Source: Azolla caroliniana
Lineage: Eukaryota; Plantae; Polypodiophyta
Direction: 5' to 3'
Assembly (NCBI GenBank): GCA_043228905.1
Contig: JBHGNT010000003.1
Coordinates: 6,262,001 to 6,326,000 of the forward strand
Length of the DNA stretch: 64,000 bases
Of the stretch, positions 1 through 18,400 are shown piece after piece. Positions within the stretch are counted from its first letter, which is position 1; every line of letters starts with the position of its first letter. The notes below the pieces were generated by a model. It ran no database searches and had not been told where the DNA came from. It was given only the letters and a program-made list of their open reading frames with translations. The translations under genes were made by a program, and so were the position numbers.

Positions 1-909
1 TTCACGCTAAGTGCGCACATATGTATACACACATAAACATGCGGATTGTTTGTCACACACAAATACCCATTTTTGCATGTAGTTGGGCACACACATTCTC
101 ATATGCACTATTGTCACCCCAATACTCAGTGCTCACCAAAACAAGAAAGCCCACACTCACGTGCCCATCTAAACTCAAGAATTTATGAGCACGGCAATAA
201 GTGCTCCTGCATATATTGAATAGCGAAGTTTCAGGGCTCATGTACATATACACTCCTCCACCATTGATGTTCAAGTTCGACAAACTGTAAAGACACTAGC
301 CTTAACCTTGTATTCCATGGTTCAAGACACCAGTGGTCGCACTCACGTTTTCACATGCACATCCACATAAAGCATGACACCTTGCACATGAAGAAATCAT
401 AACACGAGATAAAACCATTGGATATGTGGATGGACCTCGTAACAGCCAAGCTACATTAATATTTCAAGATATTATCTAAATTAAGTAATGACAAATGATT
501 CACTGATAATAACTTGTTATAGTACCATCTCACGATCATTAATTAAGTCCGATGATTTAAGGGAAGGAAAGCTATTTTGTTTGAAACATTAAACAAAAGC
601 AATAAAAAAGCTCTAACAAAGTTTGAATAAATTTTCATGGTGAAGCTAATAGAAAGCAACATATTGTGAGCTTGTCTTGACTATTGGCCATAGTAAGGAC
701 AAATGATTAAATGCATTTATTCCGTGGATGTGGCCAAAAGTATCCGAGAGAGGATGCATCTTTCATCTATATTGGCTGGCAATTATTCATGCATACGTAA
801 CTTGACACCAAGCTACGGAGGGTGGATGCATTACAAAATAGTAATCGAGAGTTCCGTATCAATGAATCACAAAGTATATGTGAAAGATGCATCCTTTATA
901 TCGATCTAT

Positions 910-1920
910 CCATACACATATAAGTTTTAACATATACATACATACATAACTATTTACTACATATATATTTACTGTTTTACATATGTGTGTGTGTGTGAGA
1001 GAGAAAGAGAGGATAGATCATAGATTATAGATCTGAAGGATGAAAAGTCATTAAGAAAGCACCTATTTTGGTGTTCGTTAGATAAGGAGTCATAAATGAC
1101 CAAAGAAGAAAAAGACCGGCCAAAAAAGCGGTAAAAGCACGAAAAGCTGCCAATGTGATGGTCACATCCATAATAGACACACACGCACACGCTTGAAATA
1201 CATACATACATACATCCATCCATACATACACGTACACATAACATATTACATACATACATACATGTACACATAACATAACATAACATAACACATACATACA
1301 TAGCATACATGCATGCATGCACACATCGATCCGTACATATAGACATACATACATACACGTACACATACCTACATACATACATAACATATCACATACATAG
1401 ATACTTACTTACATAACATACATGCATGCATGCACACATCGATCCGTACATATTGACATACATACATACATACACGTACACATTCATGGATGGATGGAAT
1501 GTGTGTAGGATTGTATGTATGTCTATGTGTATGTATATACACACATCCATCCATCCATTCATGGATGTATGGTTGTGTGTATGATTGTATGTATGTCAAT
1601 ATGTATATACACATTCATATATCTATACATACATACATAACATACACACATCCATCCATCCATCCATACATACATACACCATACTTGCATCCATCCATCT
1701 ATCTATGCATACATACATGCATGCATGCATGTATGCATACATCCATCCATACATACATGAATGCATCCATCCATCCATAGGTACATACATAAAGATAGCC
1801 TACCTTCATACACATGCATATACATACATATATGTATATACAGAGATACAGACAGGCAGATAGGCAGACAGATAGCCAACCTGCATGCATCAATACCTGC
1901 AAAGTATATAGACAGATAGA
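910..1920. repeat. Compound microsatellite tract: (TACA)n, (CATC)n, (CATG)n, (CA)n, (GACA/GATA)n
   Basis: Direct reading: long runs of catacataca, catccatcc, atgcatgc; all ORFs here are M/Y/V/C/H-rich artefacts of the repeats. Confidence 0.95.
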
Positions 1921-2152
1921 TACTCTGCTCCCTTAATGTTGTGGAACTTGTGGATGGAGATGGAGATGGAGGAGGGGATGGGGATGGGAGGTTTTTTGTG
2001 TTGTCACAACAGAAAAGGCTTAGGTCACAAAAGAAGTGAGAGTGATTTCCATATCCATCTGTATATCATGCCTTTTTCTCCCTGTCTGTGTGCTACAGAT
2101 GCATGCTTGTAGCTACAGAGACCCCCCCAGTGTGTAGAGAGAGTGAGAGGAA

Positions 2153-6213
<4,061 letters not shown>

Positions 6214-6499
6214 ACCCTACATCCTAAACCCTAGAACCCTAGAACCCTAAAAGACTTTCAAGGAAAGGCCTATTTTTGCAATGCATATTTCATGGTTGTA
6301 AAAATGTAAAATTATACATTATCTTCTTTTTCTATAGTGTAAGGTTCATCTAGTTTTATTTGTTTGTTTCATAAGCTGCAAATCAACTGAGGGTGTTGTT
6401 AAACCACTTAATACTTTCGTCTATGAAAAAACAATACAAAAACAAATCTTGTAGTAAAATGATCATAACCAAACCACATTGCATGGTACTATACAAAAT

Positions 6500-6740
6500 T
6501 GCCTTGACATATATCGACATGAGGTGGTTTGCTTATGAGAATTAATATCCAAATGAAAAGGTTTAGACTTATCAAGCAAACTTTTTGCCTTGTCACATAT
6601 CAACATGAGATAGTTTGAAGCACTTACGAGAATGAATATCCCAATGAAAGGTTTGAGTTCGCAAGCTAAACTTTTCCTTGACATATATCAACATGAGGTG
6701 ATTTGAGGCACTTGCGAGAATGAATATCCAAGTGAAAGGG
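6500..6740. repeat. Degenerate ~87-bp tandem repeat, 3 copies
   Basis: ccttgacatatatc.acatgag...gagaat.aatatcc.a.tgaaaggttt recurs near 6502, 6588 and 6676. Confidence 0.8.
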
Positions 6741-8809
6741 TTGGGCTAGAAATCTAAAATTAAGTGGCGTAACTCATAATCCATACATAATATGCGCAAA
6801 ACGATTTCAAGCGAGACAAGTATGTCCAAAAATATATTTCCAAATAGTAAGATAATTTCTAGATGCCCTAGACATGTCCAAACTTGTCCCAAGTTAAAAC
6901 CCATTGGAGCTAAACGACCTAAGGTGTTGACATCGGTTGATACATTCATCAACATCAAAGTCTATACGTAAAAAAGCAATGGGATCAAACTCAGATTATT
7001 TACCACATCTTCAGTAGAGTCACAAAAGTATAAGGTTGGTTCCAAGGTAACACCCGAAATTGGTTCCCGTGTTTGTCCTAGGTTTTTTACAAATGCACCT
7101 CTTATAAGACCAATCTTCATCTTTCGATCTCACCTCTTACAATCTCATATACATAATCCACGCCAAATCCTACCCTTGAATTGACCAAACTATTGACCTA
7201 GTAATGGAGACCCAAAATCTCCATGCCAGAAGCCCGCCACATTATCTCCTTCACCCAATCCCTCTCAAGTGTTATCCTAGCGTGCAAGGTTTCTCACAAG
7301 TACCCGGGGCCGTGACATTCATATGCTCATTTTCATCATTCATTACTTTTTGTTTCTTTTTCTCGTCCACTTCTTTTTTCATTTGTTTCATCCTAATTCC
7401 ACATCATCGTCCACTTCTTTTTTCATTTGTTTCGTCCTAGTTCTACATCATCATCCGACCCTTCCCCTGCCTTATGTCTCCCCTTTTCTAGTTTAACCCC
7501 ACACTTTCCCCCCAATTTCTTTGCCTCAACCAATTGACCTTCTTAACAAGCGGGTTCCCACACGTAGAATTGGTTAGATTTCTTGTTTCACGAGGGCAAC
7601 TTCATTGAGATTCATTCAATATCGACGTCGTTGTTGTACATGAGTGGAATTTTGTAACTTAAGGTAGAGATTCATTCTATCATGTTGATGATGAGAGCTG
7701 CCATCGGTTCTGATGACATCTCGAGTTTTCATTTGTTTGGTCTTGGCCGGTGGCACGAGAGCAATCATCGACATATGGGGATTCCTTTAATGAGTGTTGG
7801 AGAGAGGTTGCTTGTACATTGTTGTTAAGGGTTGTTGATCGCATTTTATATGTGGAGTATATCGTGGCTTTGGGCCTTGGCCGGTATTGTGGGCCATTAC
7901 GGTGTAGCAAGGGGATAGATGTACTCGTGTCAAAACTTTGTTTCTAGCCACCAAACCCTTATTAGAGGTTACCACATTGCACACTCAAGCTTAAAACTAA
8001 TGTAGTTATTGTGGAAGTAGTGTCGGTCCTTTTATTTGTAGTCATCCGTCTGTATACATCCTTGGTATTCCCAATGATTCTTGTGGTTGTTTCTTTGCTT
8101 GTCATAGTTCAAAAATTATGGTCGTCTCGTCGGTCGACATCAACCAACATAGGAGCCTATTTTTTGTCAATTTTGATAGTTATTTATATGGGTTGTACTT
8201 GGGTTGGCGATTGGGAACTATTGCCCGACTCAACTACTTAGTGAGGATGGTAGTCACGATTTGGTTGGGGTAGAAGATTTCTCGTGTTTTGGTTGTCAAG
8301 TAGTTAGATACGTAGGCTAGGGAATAAGCTAAAGGACATTCTCATAGACGTACAACCACACGTTCACGGACCCCATTATGAGTCCCTTGGTGTTCAATGA
8401 ACACTCTACGACATCGAACACTCGAGATCAAGTAAAGGAGATATCTTAAGGTTAAGCTCGTGCTTGGAGAGAGAGATGATATGGTAAAATGTCTTTCCGA
8501 GAATTCGACTAGGCAATACTTATCTAGAAGGTTATCAAGGTAGGCAATGGCAGGGGTCAGGTGAAGCTCATACAGAGTGAACACGGACATTCTGGTAAAA
8601 TATTGTAAAGCCGGATGGGCTTCCGGACAATGGAGACTCCTGGGATAGATACTGACCCCCGAGTTAACGTGATGCCCAAGAGACAAAGAACTTTTTTAAG
8701 TTTTAATCATTTATGTTGTGCATAAGAATGTAGAGAAAAAAAAAAACACGCCACCTTTTGGGCGGACAAGTGTGAACACGCACGGAAGAGGATGACGACG
8801 GCAGACGCT

Positions 8810-8824
8810 AGAAGGTTCTGGAAA
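8810..8824 (+). promoter_or_regulatory. Perfect three-unit heat shock element upstream of HOP
   Basis: aGAAggTTCtgGAAa matches nGAAnnTTCnnGAAn; lies just before a CTT-rich leader and a probable 5'UTR intron (donor gtgagt at 8955, acceptor tag ending 9944). Confidence 0.8.
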
Positions 8825-9984
8825 CATCGCCAAAGTCTCTTCTTCTTCTTCTTCTTCTTCTTCATCTTCATCTCCATTCTGTTATTCGATCACGTTATTG
8901 ATCGCCATCGCCGTACGAAGAAGCTAAAAGAAGACGCAAATTATCCTTTTTCAAGTGAGTCTCCGTCTTTGTATTCCTTCCTTCTTCCTTCTTCTGATCT
9001 CGAGCTATGGTGCTCCATTAATCTGTATGTATCGCTCTTGTCTTCTTCTTCTTTGTTGATACGTTAATAGAAATTATTCTCCTTGGATTTTCTCTCCAAA
9101 GTAGATAGGAGCTCGAAACATGCTGAAATTGTTTATCAGTAGCGTCTTTGGGTGTAAAGTTATACTTTCCATTACTTGTCTTTTGGAATTCCCTGTGAGA
9201 AAAGACGATGTAAAATGCATTTCTTGGAACTATGGAGATCATCATGCACACCGTATTATGCTGGAGACTCCATTTTGTTTTCACTTTCGATAAGGTTTGG
9301 GCTCCAAGGTGCTAACATTCGATTATTGGAAATGGGGTAGTGCTAAGCCCTGGGCTATGTTTGTAAGCAATTGCTCACATCTGTTTTTGATTCCTCACAT
9401 CCGCTCTCTGGTTTTTTACGTTTCTTTTCTTGATACAGTCTCTACAAAAAGAATCGAATTTGTTCCAATTTCTGTGATATTTTCAGTTCCACATTTGTTA
9501 CAGAAATTTCATACGATCATTTGAGACATGTAATGATGTAATTTGTCATATCTACTACCGAATTTCTTCTTCTTTTTTGAATTCCTAGCTAATTTTGAGG
9601 ATTTATTTTATTTTGTGATTTTTTTTCAAATGTCACATTACTATTGAGTGAAGTTCCGAAATTTGTCTGCTTTTTGTATTTGTCACACAAGCTTAGGAAT
9701 TTTTGAAGTCTTTCACCCTTGAAATAAAAATCTCATTTTTCATGCTGTTTGCTATTGAAATTTCAAAATTTAACCAATTGGTCTAACATCTGTTGAGGTA
9801 ATTTGAGGTGACGACTATGTCATAATTGGAGTTTTTGAAATCTGTCACCTTTGCTATGAAAGTTTCATTACTGATATTTCATATTGAAAATTAGGGTTCA
9901 TTTATTGAAGTAAAGAAGTGATGGCTAACCCTTTCTAGTTGTAGGATCAACTTGACAGGGTTTTTAAAATATTACCATTAAGTA

Positions 9985-12900
9985 ATGGCTGATGAAGCCA
10001 AGGCAAAAGGAAATACAGCATTTTCAGCCGGGCAATTTGAAGAAGCTATCAAACATTTTTCTGAAGCGATAACATTAGCTCCTTCAAACCATGTTCTATA
10101 TTCCAATCGTTCAGCATCATATGCATCACTTCACAAGTATAAAGAGGCATTGGATGATGCTCAGAAAACAGTTGAATTGAAACCTGACTGGGCAAAAGGA
10201 TACAGTAGACTCGGTGCAGCATATATTGGACTTGGAAAGCATGATGAAGCAGTAAAAGCATATAGTAAGGGATTAGAGTATGAACCCAATAACGAATCCC
10301 TCAAATCAGGTCTATCTGATGCACAAACTGCCAAGGCAAAACCTCGTAGTTATCCTGGTGCTGCTTCTCCTTTTGGTGATATTTTTTCTCGACCAGATGT
10401 ATGGGTTAAACTTTCTCAAGATCCAGTGACGAGAGGATTTCTTCAGCAACCAGATTTTGTTCAGATGCTTCAGGATGTCCAGAAGAATCCTGGGCATCTC
10501 AATTTGTATTTGCAGGATCAAAGAATGATGCAAGTTCTGGGTGTTCTTCTAGGTATTAATATTTCTGCTGCCTCAAAAGAAGATAAAGAAACTCATGGTG
10601 GGCAGTTTGGTAGTGGTGTGAATGAAAAACCAAAAGCTCCTACCAACACTTCATCGAGTTATTCTTCATCTGAATCAAAGAAACCATCAGAGCCTGAACC
10701 CATGGAGGTTTCGGAAAATGGGAAGGAAGTATCGGGTCAAAGATCTGAGGCTTTGAGAGAGAAGGATGCTGGGAATGCTGCATATAAGAAAAAGGACTTT
10801 GAGACTGCAATTCAGCATTACACGAAGGCCATTGAATTGGATGATGAAGATATTTCCTACATTACAAACAGGGCAGCTGTTTACCTTGAAATGGGGAAGG
10901 TTAGTATATCTTTCCTATGGGTATTGTATTCATTGCAGACTACTGCTATGGGTGGTAACGTGTCTTGTTTTCCCCGAATCCAAGCATAATGAATTTCTGC
11001 TTGTATGTTTAGTATGCAGATTGCATTGCTGATTGTGATAAGGCAGTAGAAAGGGGTCGAGAATTGCATTCAGACTACAAGATGATTGCAAAAGCGCTAA
11101 CAAGGAAGGGAACTGCTTATGTGAAGATGGCAAAATGCTCAACAGATTATGATTTGGCTATTGAAGCATTCAACAAGGCTCTTACTGAGCACAGAAACCC
11201 TGACACCCTGAAGAAACTAAATGAAGCAGAGAGAGCTAAAAAGGAGCTTGAACAGAAGGAATACTTTGATCCAGAAATTGCTGAAAAAGAGCGGGAGCTA
11301 GGTAGATCTCCACTATTAATATATATAGTGTAAACGTTTTTATTTGTGTAATGTGGCAGTTGAGGAAAGTGATATTTTCCACTGTGATTCACAGGGAATG
11401 AGCTCTTTAAGGAACATAAATATCCAGAAGCAGTAAAGCATTACACAGAAGCTATCAAGAGGAATCCCAATGATCCCAAGGTTATATATTAAACCTGATA
11501 AAGTGAAGAAAAAACAAAGTTTTGATTACGAAAATGTGAAGCTTAGAAAACCCGTAGTGTGGTTTTTCATTAATTTTGCCATTGCCTTGTATACGTGAGC
11601 TCCTCTTGGAGTTGTCAGTTAATGTAAGTAGGTGAATTTCACATCAACCTCTGTAAGTTGGTAAAATGTGCTTAAATTTTGCAGGTTTATAGCAATCGAG
11701 CTGCCTGCTATACAAAACTTGGAGCTTTGCCAGAGGGGTTGAAAGATGCCAATAAAAGTCTTGAGATCGATCCAACTTTTGTGAGGGGTTATGCCCGCAA
11801 AGGAGCTATACAATTCTTCATGAAGGAATACCACAAAGCTTTAGAGACATACCAGGCATGGCAAATTTCTTTTTTCAGTTCTTTACAAATAAGTTTATGA
11901 TGTTTACAAGGCCTCTTTTCTGACAAGGTTTCATGTTTCCCTTTGCTGAGGTTCTACAGGCTGGTCTCAAACATGATGAGAATAATCAGGAACTGCTTGA
12001 AGGTGTCCGAAAGTGAGTTATATACATTGAAATATCACTTGCTGACAATTTGAACACTGTAATGTGGCATTCCTCACTGTTGAATCATGTCTTTGTGTAG
12101 ATGCATTGGACAAATTGATGCAGCCAATAGAGGAGCTGTCAGTGAAGATGAATTGAAGGAAAGACAGGTGAATGCTGTACCATTATATGATAAGTTTTGG
12201 TTCTTATGTGCTCTCTGTTTGTTTATTAACCAACCTCTAATATTTATATACATCAGGCAAAAGCTATGCAAGATCCAGAGATACAGAGTATACTATCTGA
12301 TCCTGTCATGCGCCAGGTATAGATAATATATGGTTTTATGCAATCTGATTGATGCTCAAAGATATGATTTTTTTTACTTAAAAGATTAATCTCCTTTATA
12401 AGTTTCTTCATTTATCTTGATCCTTGAGACTCCACCCAGTTAACATTATTCCTGATTTTAGAGACGAAGAGATAAAGAGAGATTCTAAGCCCAAACGGCT
12501 GACCTTTAGTACTGTTGCTAAATAGGAAATGTCAACATGAAGTAGGAAGGCCATGGTGTGCCATCTGCTTTGCTTGATATTGGTCTTGAATGAGAAATTG
12601 AAATATGAAATATAGTAAGTAGATAGGAAGTCGCACTATAGTTTTAAGATGAAACATATTGCACACATCTTTGCATTCTTATCGTTTTGGTTTTCCTTTT
12701 GTCCTGTTTCTTCACCTCTTCCAAAATCATGACTTATCTGAAATTTCCTTTTTGACTGAACATGCAAAAAAATAGGGTGAGAGAGCTCAAAATTCAATGA
12801 TTAACCTATTTGCGTTTTCTCCTAATTTCCTTTTGACTGAACATGCAAAAACATAGGGTGAGATAGAGATCAAAATTTAATGATTAACCTATTTGCATTT

Positions 12901-13387
12901 TATTGTGAATATAAATGGCCCACATCGCATGGCTTTTACTTAGCTCTTGATCCATAAGATGGAGCTAGAACTCAAAATTCAATGATCAACCTATTTGCAT
13001 TTTATTGTGAATATATGTATATGGCCCAAATCACATGGCTTTTAGTTATAAGGCCAATCAAGATATTCTGGATTCTGAGAGGCTATAAGAGGAGCAAAAT
13101 CCCCAGATTGAAACATTGCTTGCATGAAAAGATCTTAGGCCAACTAGTGAAGGATTTTTTTCAATCCCTTTTTTACCATTGTTTATATGTAATGAACATT
13201 TCTATAAGGTACGTGGCATTGGGCAACTTGAGCTAGCTATCTGCTAATTATAAGTTCTGTTTTTTCCGGACAGGTTTTGACTGATTTCCAAGAGAACCCT
13301 CGTGCCGCACAAGAGCATACAAAGAATCCAATGGTAATGTCGAAACTTCAGAAGCTAATGGCTGCGGGTATAATTCAAGTGCGATAA
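9985..13387 (+). CDS. HOP: Hsp70-Hsp90 organizing protein (HOP/STI1), ~584 aa, 8 coding exons
   Basis: Exons 9985-10899, 11013-11301, 11395-11480, 11685-11855, 11960-12012, 12101-12167, 12257-12316, 13274-13387 (1755 nt). [16 protein letters not shown]1, DP1 ([13 protein letters not shown]), TPR2A ([21 protein letters not shown]), TPR2B ([21 protein letters not shown]), DP2 ([26 protein letters not shown]). Confidence 0.97.
12742..13040. repeat. Degenerate tandem repeats in last HOP intron
   Basis: aatttccttttgactgaacatgcaaaa...tagggtgag twice and caaaatt.aatgat.aacctatttgc three times. Confidence 0.75.
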
Positions 13388-13635
13388 AAAAGGAAATGGA
13401 TTTGTGGAGCATTTTTTGATGAAAGGAATAAAGTTCGATAGTTGGAATTAGAACCACAGATTATGAAATGTTGGAACCGCGAATTGGCTTCCTTTATCCT
13501 TAACAATATCGGTTTTGCATCCTATTGCTTACTACTTAGTAGCGCGATTTATGTTCCATCTTTGCTTCTACACTCTGGGATAACTCTTGGGTATATTATG
13601 TATGTATCATTGTTGTTTGTAACCGATGGACAGTA

Positions 13636-13933
13636 CTTACTCTTTTGGGGCAATACTATGGTCATATTTAAGGGAAGGATACAGATATATTGGGGCAGAG
13701 TAAGGTTTTGTAATCAGTCAGTAAGTTGATCTTACAGTTTTCAATCATGTTAAAGAAATATGTGTACACACTTAATGTTTCTTTTTATGCTTACTCTTTT
13801 GTGGCAATACTATGGTCATATTTAAGGGAAGGATACAGATATATTGGGGCAGAGTAAGGTTTTGTAATCAGTCAGTAAGTTGATCTTACAGTTTTCAATC
13901 ATGTTAAAGAAATATGTGCACACACTTAATGTT
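13636..13933. repeat. Near-identical tandem duplication, 154-bp period, downstream of HOP stop
   Basis: cttactcttttg.ggcaatactatggtcatatttaagggaagg...cacttaatgtt starts at 13636 and 13790. Confidence 0.93.
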
Positions 13934-14437
13934 CCATACTCATCTAAGGATGAATCTCATCCGATAACTTTTCTTGGATGAATAGTGTCCGAAACTCAAA
14001 TGTGAGGTTGGTCACTTTAGTGATTGATGTTGTGGCCAAGGCATTTAATTTTAGATCTAAATCAATTGCTTGTATCTTCCCTAGTGAACCCACATTTCCT
14101 CTTGTCCATGCTTGCACATCTATCACATTTGGGATTGAGATTAGTAGGTTCTTGAGATGTACAATTCCCACCTGATCCGCCTAGCATCCAAGCACAATGT
14201 CCATGAACTAGGAGCATTCAAAGTAGTGACTGGCTTGGAAATTCTAGCATGTAGTTTGTCTCATGGAACTAACCTTATGTTGTTGATTGTTCCACTTCCA
14301 ACGCCACTTTGTTAAAGCAATGAGCACCGCTTTAGTGAGACTCTTTGAAACCTTATCTAGTCGTTTTCACAACTAAGGTCAAAACCTTTTCCTCTAGAAC
14401 TCTTAATGAAACCACAAACTCTCTACCACACTAATGT

Positions 14438-14775
14438 TATTTTAAATATTGGGTGGAAAATAGAAATAATGCACAAATAGTTTATCAACGTAGTCAAACA
14501 ATGGGGAATACGAAGACCAAATTATATGCTTAGCAAAGTACAAAGCCCAAATATAACAAGAAAGGAATGGTACGATATGAGCTTTAGCTCATGTGCTCAT
14601 TTCTAAGCTATTTTAAATATTGGGTGGAAAATAGAGATAATGCACAAATAGTTGATCAACGTAGAGGAACAATGGGGATACCAAGACCAGTCACCAAATT
14701 ATATGATTAGCAAAGGACAAAAGCCCAAATACAAGAAGAAAGGAATGGTACAATATGACCTCTAGCTCATGTGCA
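14438..14775. repeat. Tandem duplication, ~171-bp period
   Basis: tattttaaatattgggtggaaaataga.ataatgcacaaatagtt...tagctcatgtgc starts at 14438 and 14609. Confidence 0.88.
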
Positions 14776-15156
14776 CTTTCGTGAGCACATATATCCTATT
14801 GGTTGGTAATGAAGAACTGACTTGTTTCTATACTTATCAATTGTTTGTTATCCTTGATAGATAAACCATCTGTTGGATTAACTCAACCACACTCAATGTT
14901 ATCCCATACTCGAGAAGGTAGCCGATTCTTGTTCGTGCCAACAAAATCTACTTTCTCAACATGTGGTGGCCTGATAAAAGTTGGGGAGATAGATGGGTTT
15001 AGGGATCCCTAAGACTCACTCATGTAACACTTAAAACTCTAGAACAACACCACAATGAATGATTCGACGCAAAATTGTGGAGCCAGAACAGAACTAACAA
15101 AACACAGTCGACACCATCGCGGTGTGTAACAATGGGGACGAACATACATACATACA

Positions 15157-15192
<36 letters not shown>

Positions 15193-15487
15193 TACAGGGT
15201 TTTCATCAACTATTCGATGCTTGGATGGGACGAAGACCCAAAAAAACAACAACGAATGAGCACGAGTATGTATCTCAATTGTGTTGTCGGGTTGGTTCGG
15301 GCAGGAGACACACACACACAGATGGACCCCGAAAGGGTCCTTCGAGAAATCGAGACTTGTCCACAAGAGTGTGAAGAGAAAAAAGAAGGTGATATTCACC
15401 TCCCTCCCACCCCCAACAAAACAAAACAAGTTCATGGCAGGCAGGGCCATGCTCAAAACTCCATTCTATACTTAATGCATTTTTGAT

Positions 15488-18400
15488 ATGGAGTTACTGA
15501 GAGACTCAGGAACAGAGCAGAACAGAGTAGGCCCCATGGCCCCCAAGAACTCCAGGATCATTGCTGTGGATACTAGCCTCGGCACAAGGTTCATACTTCC
15601 TGCATCTCTGGACTCCACCGTCTCTGACCTTCGAGGTTTGTTTTTCTTATGGTTTAGACCCCTAATCTTACCCTAAACAAAAGCAAAGTTTATGATGCTG
15701 TGGCTTTATAAGGCATGTTTGTTTTTTTGGGTCATATACCAATATTTCCATGTATTTATATGCATTTTCCATAACAAAATGTAGAAGTAGGAGAAGAATA
15801 TAAGATGAAGCGCGGCTTGATGATGGTTTAGCTAGAAGAATATTGGCTTTTCTTAAATTTCACGGAATTTGTATGATGTCATAATATCAAGAATTCCATG
15901 CAGCTATATTCATTTTCCATAGCAAAAAATACACGAGTAGTGTGAGTATACATCAAAGAAGAAAACTTCCATGATTTTTTAGCTAGAAAAGCATCTGGCA
16001 TTCTGTAATTTTCATGGAAGTTGCGTCATTTAACAATTCTATGTAGCTATATTCATTTTGTACAGAAATAGTATACAATGAAAGTAAAAATTTATGTATT
16101 GAAATATTTTTTGTAGTATTGTACCGAAAGAATTTTGTAGAAATATCCATTTTTGTTTCTATAAGTGTAGCAGGAATATGCAATTAGAGTAAGAAAGTGT
16201 GCAATGAAAGCTAAATTTCATGAGGGTTAAGGATATCAGATATTAGGACGATAGATCACAATATCAACCAAGATAATACCATTTCTGCCCTTTATGCAAT
16301 CTCATTAATGCTTGAAGGAGACAAAACAGCATTCCTCTTCCTGTCATGCATACAATTTAGTTGCCTACTGTCTTATATTTATCAATGATTTATTTATATA
16401 CTTGCTTTTATGTACTTCAATCCAAAACTCTCACAGACCAAAACATGGATATTTATTCGAAATGGCAAGATGTGGGACACCCTCGGGCCAGTGGGGCCCA
16501 GGTGAAAAAAATCCCAAAAGGACCACCTTGACCTGTAAACGCTTTTACAGGTCACAAGGTGCAATATTTTGACATGTTGAGATGCTGAATGGATGATTTT
16601 TGTGAACCTCTATTGTTCAGGTATATTAGCATATGGGTTGGGCTATGGGTAGAAATACCCGAGTTCCCCTGACGGCTGGATCAGAAGCCCAAAGTTGCTT
16701 GCACAAAAAAGGATAGACCATACATCATATGATTGCATAACCTACCTAGAAAACGAGATTAAGAAGTGTTATGGATCATAATCCACATGTAGAAAAATGT
16801 AGCACTGGAATTTGGTATACCTTGTGGATGGATAAACACTCTTAGAGAGAGATGTGAACGGGATGACTTCCATTAGAAAGGCAATTGAAACCATATGGAC
16901 AGGAGCTCCTTATTTTCATGTGTGTAACCCTATACTTTCTAGTTGCAGAAAAGGTTTATTACATTCCATTCAAATGAGTTTTGGAGTTTCATCATCAAAG
17001 AAATAAGAAACATCAAAACATTTGGTCTTTATGGAAGACATACACACATGTATATGTCCATATATGTATAGATATATTTATGCAGATATTTATATAATAG
17101 ATATCCATCTCTTAATATACAAGCATTATATAAATCTGAATTCAAATCCCCTGAATCTAGAAACTCCACATTTCAGATTATAACAAGACTATAGTGCCTT
17201 TAAAATGGCCATATATGTGATATATCTAGAATAGAGTCATCATTGATAAAACCTTCAAAGATTGTTTCTTGGAGACGAAGAACTCTTGGGGGTTGAGAGG
17301 GAACCCTGAGGAATTTTAGTAGATAGAGATTGTAGCTCGAGAAGAATGACATATACATTAACATATTTTAAGAGGCCAAAATGGCCTATTAGACTGAATG
17401 AGAGATTGAATATTAGAATGCTGTCTCATCTTTGAGAACAAAAAACCCAAAAAAATATAACTGAATTAGTAAAACTGTCTAGAATACCAGGTGATCTTTT
17501 TAACTATGCACTTAATATTCTGAGCTTAGATGAACTGAAATGTCTATCTGTGAAAGATCTCCCACAAGGCTGATCCAAGATGAAGAGTTCTCTAAAGTGA
17601 AGGAAGCATCCTTGGTGTCGGGTGTTGATGGCTTTATTTGTCAGTAACAAAGGTGGTGGGGCTGTTGTCCAGATGGTCATGATGTCCAAGCACTGAAAAT
17701 GTCTGTTTCTCAATTTATTGTAAACGAAGTATGCACTTGCCACAAAGAAAATGGTGCATACTATAAGCACCATCCTTAATAATTCGATGGATGCTTCTTT
17801 TCTCAAAATTTGCATCTAAGTAATATTTAGAAATTAAAAAATGAACAATACAAAGGATTAGAATATCTGGATTAATGATACTACGTTATAGACTCTGAAA
17901 TGAACAAAATGTTAGTGGATATGCATGATACAAAAGCACATAGATAATAATGTCGTCATTAGTTAATTCATCTTTTTCAAGTGATACTATGCATGTTTAT
18001 GCTTACATTGATTTGCTATTTAACAGCTGAATTGTCTACTAAGATTATTTTTCTTTGTCTTTCAGGTCTAATACAAAAAGAGCACATTGCATGTTTTCCA
18101 GATCTTGGTTTGGTTAATGTTGGTTCTCTAATTGTAAGAAACTTATGCTATCTTATTTCTCAGGAACAGTAGTTCTGATAGTACTTATATATAAGAGTTT
18201 GCTATTCAAATGGCTTTTCTCATCTCTAATTGCAGGTAGAATATAATCACAAAGAATATCATGTGACAAATTCTTTACTTGTGGGTCAACTATTCAAGAG
18301 AAGCTGGAACAAGGTTTATGCACAGGCTTCTCAAACTCGCTCAAAAAACGTTTCAGATGATTATAAACATGAAAACTTCATAGATGGAGAAGCAAGAAAT

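Noticed and set aside
53-390. Minus-strand ORF 53-283 and Cys-rich upstream frame
   Set aside because: No recognisable motif, in-frame stops upstream, no convincing exon chain.
969-1902. Several 65-140 aa ORFs rich in M/Y/V/C/H
   Set aside because: Translations of TACA/CATC microsatellites; same for ORFs at 15075-15456 and 36785-37262.
6750-8700. LTR/retroelement-like intergenic sequence (e.g. ...ggggccgtgaca at 7317, ORF 8342-8686)
   Set aside because: No paired termini, PBS, TSD or coding motif could be established by eye.
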